Shown: positions 58,916 through 64,000 of the stretch, piece after piece | Layout: each line of letters opens with the position of its first letter | Numbering within the stretch: position 1 is the stretch's first letter | From: an uncultured Desulfosarcina sp. | GTDB taxonomy: Bacteria > Desulfobacterota > Desulfobacteria > Desulfobacterales > Desulfosarcinaceae | DNA length: 64,000 bases | Assembly (NCBI GenBank): GCA_963674945.2 | Contig: CAXXWQ010000004.1 | Location: 3,136,001 to 3,200,000 of the forward strand | Direction of reading: 5' to 3' | Program-made: the position numbers and the translations under genes | Notes under the pieces: model-generated | What the model was told of the DNA's origin: nothing | The model's database searches: none | The model's input: the letters and a program-made list of their open reading frames with translations, nothing else

Positions 58916-60846
58916 CAGACGCCTTCCAAAGTGTAGAATTTGATCGTTGTTTTGACGGTAGTGGTCTGACCGTCCTGGTATTGATAGAAAGCCTCCACTG
59001 TCTTTTCCGAAACGGCGGTATCGTAAAGTGCTTCGTAGAGGTTCCGGTACTTCTCCATAACGAATTTTCTTCGAATCTTTCCCGTCTTGGTCAACTCCCC
59101 GTCGTCCATGTCCAACAGCTTGTACAAGATGGCAAACCGCCTGATGGTAAAATGCTCCTTCTCCGCCTGTCCGTTGATGGATTGCACCTCGCCGAGGATC
59201 AGATCGGCCACCTGAGGCTTTGCGGACAGGTCCATGAAGGTGGTGTAAGAGATGCCCCGATCCTCGGCCCACTTGCCCACGACGATGGGGTCGATGTTGA
59301 TCAGCGCCGACACGAAATCCTGCTGGTCGCCGAACACCACCGCCTCCTTGATGTAGGGGCTGAATTTGAGTCGATTTTCCAGAAACATGGGGCTGAACAT
59401 CTCCCCGGAGTGGTTGTGCATCACGTCGGAGAGTCGGTCGATCACTACCAAATGCCCGTTTTCGTCGATGTAGCCGGCATCACCGGAGTGGAGCCAGCCG
59501 CCTTCCAGCAGCTCTTCGGTCTTTTCCGGTAATTTGTAATAGCCGGGTGTCACCGATGCCGAACGGGACAGGATTTCACCTTCATCGGAAATCTTGCACT
59601 CGGTTCCCGGAAGGGGTTTGCCCACCGTGTCGGGCCGTATGTCTTTGTCTCTGTGCATGTAGGCGATACCGGTGATTTCGGTCTGGCCGTAAATTTGTTT
59701 CAGGTTTACCCCGATGGCCTGGTAGAAGGTGAACAGCTCCGGTCCCAAGGCGGCACCGCCGGTGTAAGCCCGCCGCAGGCGAAGCAGGCCGATCTGGTTG
59801 ATCAATGGCCGAAACACCATCTGGGTACCCAGCCAGGCTTTGATCTTTAGGCCCAGCGGCAGGGATTTGCCGATCATCCGGTAGCGGGCGGCCCGTTCCC
59901 CCACCCGTATGAAGTAATTGTAGAATTTTTTGTTCAGCCAGTAGGACTCGTCGATTTTGAGCCAGATCTGGCTGCGGATGGTTTCGTATATGCGGGGAGC
60001 ACCGAACATGAAATGGGGACCAATCTCCTTGAGATCTTCCATGGCCGTCTCCACCGACTCGGGAAAGTTAATGGTGATGCCCGTGGCCATGGCGATGCCG
60101 AAAGAGTTCATCTGCTCGCCGATCCATGCGAAGGGGAGAAAAGAGAGGTACTCGTCCGTCGGTTCCAGCGCATCGACCCTGGTGATCTGAACACCCATGT
60201 TAATGTAGTTGCGATGGGTCATCATGGCACCCTTGGGAAGTCCCGTGGTACCGGAGGTAAGGCACAGATGGCATGGATCATCCGGTTCTCCCCGGTCCAC
60301 CATGGTCTCGAAACGATCGGGCGCGGCCTCGTGCGCCTTCTGGCCCAGCGCGTACAACGACTCGATGTCCATAAACCAGGGATCCTGCCGGTAGCCGCGC
60401 ATACCCCGGGGATCTTCGTAGATCACCTTTTTGACGCCGGGGATCCGGGCGCGGATTTCCACGAGTTTATCCACCTGCTCCTGGTCGTTGCAGAATACGG
60501 CCGTCACTTCCAGGTAGTTGATGATGTCGGCGATTTCATCGGGAAGGGTGGTCTGGTAGATGCCGGCGGACATGCCGCCCAGGGCGTGGGTGCCGATGGC
60601 CACGAAGAGCAGTTCGGGGATATTGTCGCCGATGAGGGCGACCGTGTCTGCCGATTTCAGGCCGATGCTTTGTAATCCCAATGCGGTCTTTCGGACGAAG
60701 GCGTAGTATTCGGTCCAGGTGTAAGATCTCCAGTGACCGAAATCCTTTTCCCGTAATGCAACCTTGTCCGGGGAGGTCTCGACGCGCCAGCGCAGCAGTT
60801 GGGGAATGGAGAATTCGAGCAGGTGGTCTTTGTCTTCCATGGGCAA
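58915..60846 (-). CDS. Long-chain acyl-CoA synthetase embedded in the ABC operon
   Basis: LTSGTTGLPKG, SFLPFAW, YGQTE and GWLHSGDAG. Confidence 0.92.
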   Translation of the reverse strand: MPMEDKDHLLEFSIPQLLRWRVETSPDKVALREKDFGHWRSYTWTEYYAFVRKTALGLQSIGLKSADTVALIGDNIPELLFVAIGTHALGGMSAGIYQTTLPDEIADIINYLEVTAVFCNDQEQVDKLVEIRARIPGVKKVIYEDPRGMRGYRQDPWFMDIESLYALGQKAHEAAPDRFETMVDRGEPDDPCHLCLTSGTTGLPKGAMMTHRNYINMGVQITRVDALEPTDEYLSFLPFAWIGEQMNSFGIAMATGITINFPESVETAMEDLKEIGPHFMFGAPRIYETIRSQIWLKIDESYWLNKKFYNYFIRVGERAARYRMIGKSLPLGLKIKAWLGTQMVFRPLINQIGLLRLRRAYTGGAALGPELFTFYQAIGVNLKQIYGQTEITGIAYMHRDKDIRPDTVGKPLPGTECKISDEGEILSRSASVTPGYYKLPEKTEELLEGGWLHSGDAGYIDENGHLVVIDRLSDVMHNHSGEMFSPMFLENRLKFSPYIKEAVVFGDQQDFVSALINIDPIVVGKWAEDRGISYTTFMDLSAKPQVADLILGEVQSINGQAEKEHFTIRRFAILYKLLDMDDGELTKTGKIRRKFVMEKYRNLYEALYDTAVSEKTVEAFYQYQDGQTTTVKTTIKFYTLEGV

Positions 60847-60847
60847 A

Positions 60848-61609
60848 TCAATCTTCTCCGATATATGCTTCGATGACTTTGGGATTTTTGGCCACTTGTT
60901 CGGGTGTTCCGGCGCCGATCAGCTCGCCGAAGTCCAGGACGTGGATATTGTCCGAAATATCCATCACCACGCCCAGATCGTGCTCCACGAGAATGACCGT
61001 GGTCTTTCGCTCTTTCTGGATATCGATGATAAAGCGAACCATGTCCTCTTTTTCTTCGATATTCATTCCGGCCATGGGTTCGTCCAGCAATAGGACACGC
61101 GGATCCAGGGTCAGCGCCCGCGCTACCTCCACCCGCTTTTGCACCCCGTAGCTCAAGGATCCGACCATGTGTTTCCGAAAGGGCTCCAGTTCCATGAAGT
61201 CGATGACATCTTCCACATAGGCACGGTTTTCGGCCTCGATCCTTGACGTCTTGCCCCAATAGATCAGGGCATGAAAGAAGCTGTATTTCAATTTCTGGTG
61301 TCGGGCCAGCATGAGGTTGTCCAATACCGTCATGCCGCTGAACAATTCCAGGTTCTGAAACGCCCGGGCGATGCCCAGGTTCGACACCTGATGGGGGGAT
61401 GCATGGGTGAGGCGGCGCTTGCCGTAGTGAATATCGCCTCGGCTGGGATGGTAAAAACCGGATATACAGTTGAGTAGACTGGTCTTTCCGGCACCGTTCG
61501 GGCCGATGACAGAGCTGATCTTTCCCGGTTCGAAATGCATATTGATATCGGTCAATGCATTGAGGCCACCAAATGTCAGCGTCACATTAGAGATGATCAA
61601 CGGGTTCAT
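60848..61609 (-). CDS. ABC transporter ATPase (LivG-like)
   Basis: GPNGAGKTS, LSYGVQKRVE and LDEPMAGMN. Confidence 0.92.
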   Translation of the reverse strand: MNPLIISNVTLTFGGLNALTDINMHFEPGKISSVIGPNGAGKTSLLNCISGFYHPSRGDIHYGKRRLTHASPHQVSNLGIARAFQNLELFSGMTVLDNLMLARHQKLKYSFFHALIYWGKTSRIEAENRAYVEDVIDFMELEPFRKHMVGSLSYGVQKRVEVARALTLDPRVLLLDEPMAGMNIEEKEDMVRFIIDIQKERKTTVILVEHDLGVVMDISDNIHVLDFGELIGAGTPEQVAKNPKVIEAYIGED

Positions 61610-61840
61610 ATTATCAAGTATTTATCGAAAAAAGAAGGAAATGGGATCAATTGAATTATATTGCCTTATGAATGCCATCATGTCCAGAATGATTTGCTCA
61701 ATCCGTTCGTCACATGTTTTTATGAACACATGTCCGAAACAAAAGCCGTTCCCCAGCCAGTCGTATGGATGCAATTAAACACCTGACCTCTCCAAGGTGT
61801 CAAGTTGATAAAATAGCAGGGAACTAGCGGGGGAAAACCA

Positions 61841-63403
61841 CTATTTATCAAAAGAGAGGAGGTGGGTTCGAAGATTGATCCGTTTGTTTTTCAATCCCAG
61901 TTTCGTTCGGATGCGCTGCCTGTGAAACAGGACCGTGTTTTTGGAGATAAAGAGGATTTCGGCAATCTCCTTGTTGGTCTTTCCCTCTTTGATCAGGTTG
62001 GCCACTCGGATCTCGGCGGGTGTGAAATTGAAGTATCGGGATGATACCCTGCTAATAAAGGGGGAGATGATATTTTCCAGGTTTGTCTGGAGAATTTCCA
62101 GCAAGGTGGCCTGCTGGGGCTCAAGCCGTCCCTTTTTCAATCGGGAGAGATAGGGAATCACCAACTCCTTGACATTGGACAGGACGTTTTCCTGGACCTC
62201 CTTCTTGTCCATCTCCCTTTGTTTCAACAAGACACGCAGTGCCGTGTTCACCTCCTCCAGGTGGTTGGATTGGGCTCGCAGCGCGGCATCCGCCCTTTTT
62301 CGTTCGTCGATTTGCTGCTGGAGTCGGCGGTTGGCTTCGGCCAATGCCGCCGTTCTCTCCTGAATCCGTTCCTCCAGCTGATCCTGGTATTGCAACAGCA
62401 CCGCTTCGGCCTTTTTCCGAGAGCTGATATCCCGAAGGGTAACAATATTACCGGCCTGCTTGCCGTCGGACCCGAAAAACAGTGTCGAACTGATCTGGAC
62501 GTCCAAAATACTCCCGTTTTTCGCCAGCCGTTTGGTTTCGAACAGGGTAATCTTGCTCCCGCTTCGCATTCGATCAATGGCTGCCTCGGTTTCGGGCCAA
62601 CATTCGGAAGGGACGAAATCGATGCGCTTTCCCAGCAGTTCATCGCGGGAATAGCCGAACGTCTGTTCGAAGGCGGGATTGACATAGGTGGCCTCTCCCG
62701 TCATATCATAAACGACGATGGGATCCGGGGAGGATTCCAGAAAAGAGAGGTAACGCCGGCTGCTGTCACGGATGCGCGCCTCTGTTTTTTTCTGTTCGGC
62801 CAATTCACGGGTCAGTTTGCCGTACAGGGATGCTTTTTCCAGAGCCAGCAGTGCCAGGGCGGCGAATCGTTCCAGGACGGCAATATCCTCTTCGTCGAAC
62901 CGCTTGTCCGGGTCCACGTGGGCAAGACCAATGACCCCCTGCACCCGCCGGTCCGATTTGAGCGGAATCCCCACGATGCAGTGCAAACCATCCAGCTCCG
63001 GATCCTTCAGCCGGCCGTGCCAGCGGTGGTAGTCCGCCACCAGCACGGGGGCTTCCGTCTGCCATACCCTTCCCCCCATCCCCTGTCCAATGCGCACGGT
63101 TCGGCCCAGCTGGTTGGCGAAAAAGCCTTTTCCCACCCGCATGGTCATCTCTTGGTTGTCCGCGTCCAAAAGGTAGATATAGCCATGCTGGGTGCCGGTG
63201 AGAAAGGCGGCACGCTCGATGATGGTCTCTAAAAGCTCTTCTTTGTCGATCTTGTCGAGAAGCCCCAATGCCGTTTCATGAAGAGCCCTGAGCGAAGCGT
63301 TTTTTCTCCGATTCCGCTGGTTTGGCGATTTGGATTCCGTGTTTTCGATCATTCCGGACGGTGATCGTAAATCGTAGAAGAGGGGTTTTGCATCTGAATT
63401 CAT
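61841..63403 (-). CDS. GAF-PAS-LuxR HTH transcriptional regulator
   Basis: GAF (GQGMGGRVWQT, IPLK), PAS (SPDPI..YVNPAF..FGY), coiled coil and LuxR HTH (FTPAEIRVA..GKTNKEIAE..HR..IR.KLG). Start uncertain (63352-63592). Confidence 0.88.
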   Translation of the reverse strand: MNSDAKPLFYDLRSPSGMIENTESKSPNQRNRRKNASLRALHETALGLLDKIDKEELLETIIERAAFLTGTQHGYIYLLDADNQEMTMRVGKGFFANQLGRTVRIGQGMGGRVWQTEAPVLVADYHRWHGRLKDPELDGLHCIVGIPLKSDRRVQGVIGLAHVDPDKRFDEEDIAVLERFAALALLALEKASLYGKLTRELAEQKKTEARIRDSSRRYLSFLESSPDPIVVYDMTGEATYVNPAFEQTFGYSRDELLGKRIDFVPSECWPETEAAIDRMRSGSKITLFETKRLAKNGSILDVQISSTLFFGSDGKQAGNIVTLRDISSRKKAEAVLLQYQDQLEERIQERTAALAEANRRLQQQIDERKRADAALRAQSNHLEEVNTALRVLLKQREMDKKEVQENVLSNVKELVIPYLSRLKKGRLEPQQATLLEILQTNLENIISPFISRVSSRYFNFTPAEIRVANLIKEGKTNKEIAEILFISKNTVLFHRQRIRTKLGLKNKRINLRTHLLSFDK

Positions 63404-63554
63404 TGAAAATACACATACCAATTCCCAATCGGTATTGTCAATGATTTCGCATTGACATCGATAATTCGGGTTGATAGATAAAAAAGTTTCGGCAAAGGGT
63501 ATTTCCCTTCTATCGGTCGGGCAACGGCATACTGTACGCGATTGTTGGCATGGA

Positions 63555-63827
63555 ATGAAATCCGTTGAATCCAGAAAAATTCGAATTGTCAATGATCTCG
63601 GGCTTCATGCCCGGTCTGCGGCCCGTCTGGCGCAGCTGGCCGGAGAGGCCAAAGGCGGTGTATGGGTAATGAAAAACGAAGAGGTGGTCGATGCCACCTC
63701 CATGTTGGACATCCTGACGTTGAATTGCCCCAAAGATACAATGATCACCATCGGTATCGAAGACGAAGCGGACAGAACTGTTTTGGAGCGCATATGCGAA
63801 CTGGTGCGCTCCGGGTTTGGAGAGTAG
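63555..63827 (+). CDS. ptsH: HPr family phosphocarrier
   Basis: IVNDLGLHARSAA and VDATSMLDIL, 90 aa. Confidence 0.92.
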   Translation: MKSVESRKIRIVNDLGLHARSAARLAQLAGEAKGGVWVMKNEEVVDATSMLDILTLNCPKDTMITIGIEDEADRTVLERICELVRSGFGE

Positions 63828-63833
63828 CCGTTC

Positions 63834-64000
63834 ATGGAAGACAATGAAATCCAGGAAGTGATCCTCCATGGCATTGGCGCGTCCCCGGGGATATGCATCG
63901 GCAAAGCCTACCTCGTGGACAGCGAAGGCGTGGATGTCGTCAAGAAGTATATCCTGCGAGAAGAGTCGATTTCAAACGAAATCAATCGTTTCAAGACAGC
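63834..64000 (+). CDS. ptsI: PEP-protein phosphotransferase enzyme I, 5' part (truncated by window)
   Basis: LHGIGASPGICIGKA..EINRF directly after ptsH. Confidence 0.8.
   Translation, partial: MEDNEIQEVILHGIGASPGICIGKAYLVDSEGVDVVKKYILREESISNEINRFKT

Noticed and set aside
61662..61677. Sigma54 promoter for the second ABC operon (minus strand TGGCAT-TCATA-AGGCA)
   Set aside because: The -12 element lacks the conserved TT, and the adjacent regulator is LuxR-type, not an enhancer-binding protein.
1..64000. CRISPR array, rRNA, intact transposase or integrase
   Set aside because: No regularly spaced direct repeats with unique spacers, no rRNA-like stretch and no recombinase or transposase motifs were seen. 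The repeats present are dispersed palindromes.

Overview
64 kb of bacterial chromosome. Gene content and protein style suggest a sulfate-reducing Desulfobacterales member, Desulfosarcina-like (inference). Most of it is core genome: rimP-nusA-infB-DUF503-rbfA-nrnA-truB-rpsO-pnp-M16 peptidase-dut-MBL hydrolase, infC-rpmI-rplT-pheS-pheT-merR, tRNA-Gly(CCC), two liv-type ABC transporter operons, nadK, efpL, a Ktr/Trk K+ uptake pair and ptsH-ptsI. The most notable observation is a candidate alanine-sensing transcription attenuator upstream of an AlaC-type alanine aminotransferase. It comprises a 17-codon leader ORF with four consecutive Ala codons, a chain of mutually exclusive pairings and an intrinsic terminator (about 3960-4190). 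Other observations: a decayed 1.9 kb AT-rich islet bounded by a 22 bp direct repeat that duplicates the 3' end of the MBL-hydrolase gene; a modular REP/MITE-like palindromic repeat family with 7 loci, two internal modules and covarying stems; a fadL + ketosynthase + catalytically dead ketosynthase (CLF-like) cluster; an OleA-like gene without oleBCD behind an acyl-CoA-ligase-coupled ABC importer; and a tandem-Lrp / amine-dehydrogenase-like / molybdoenzyme module. No CRISPR array, rRNA, intact integrase or transposase was seen. All calls come from reading the sequence by eye, with no database searches.
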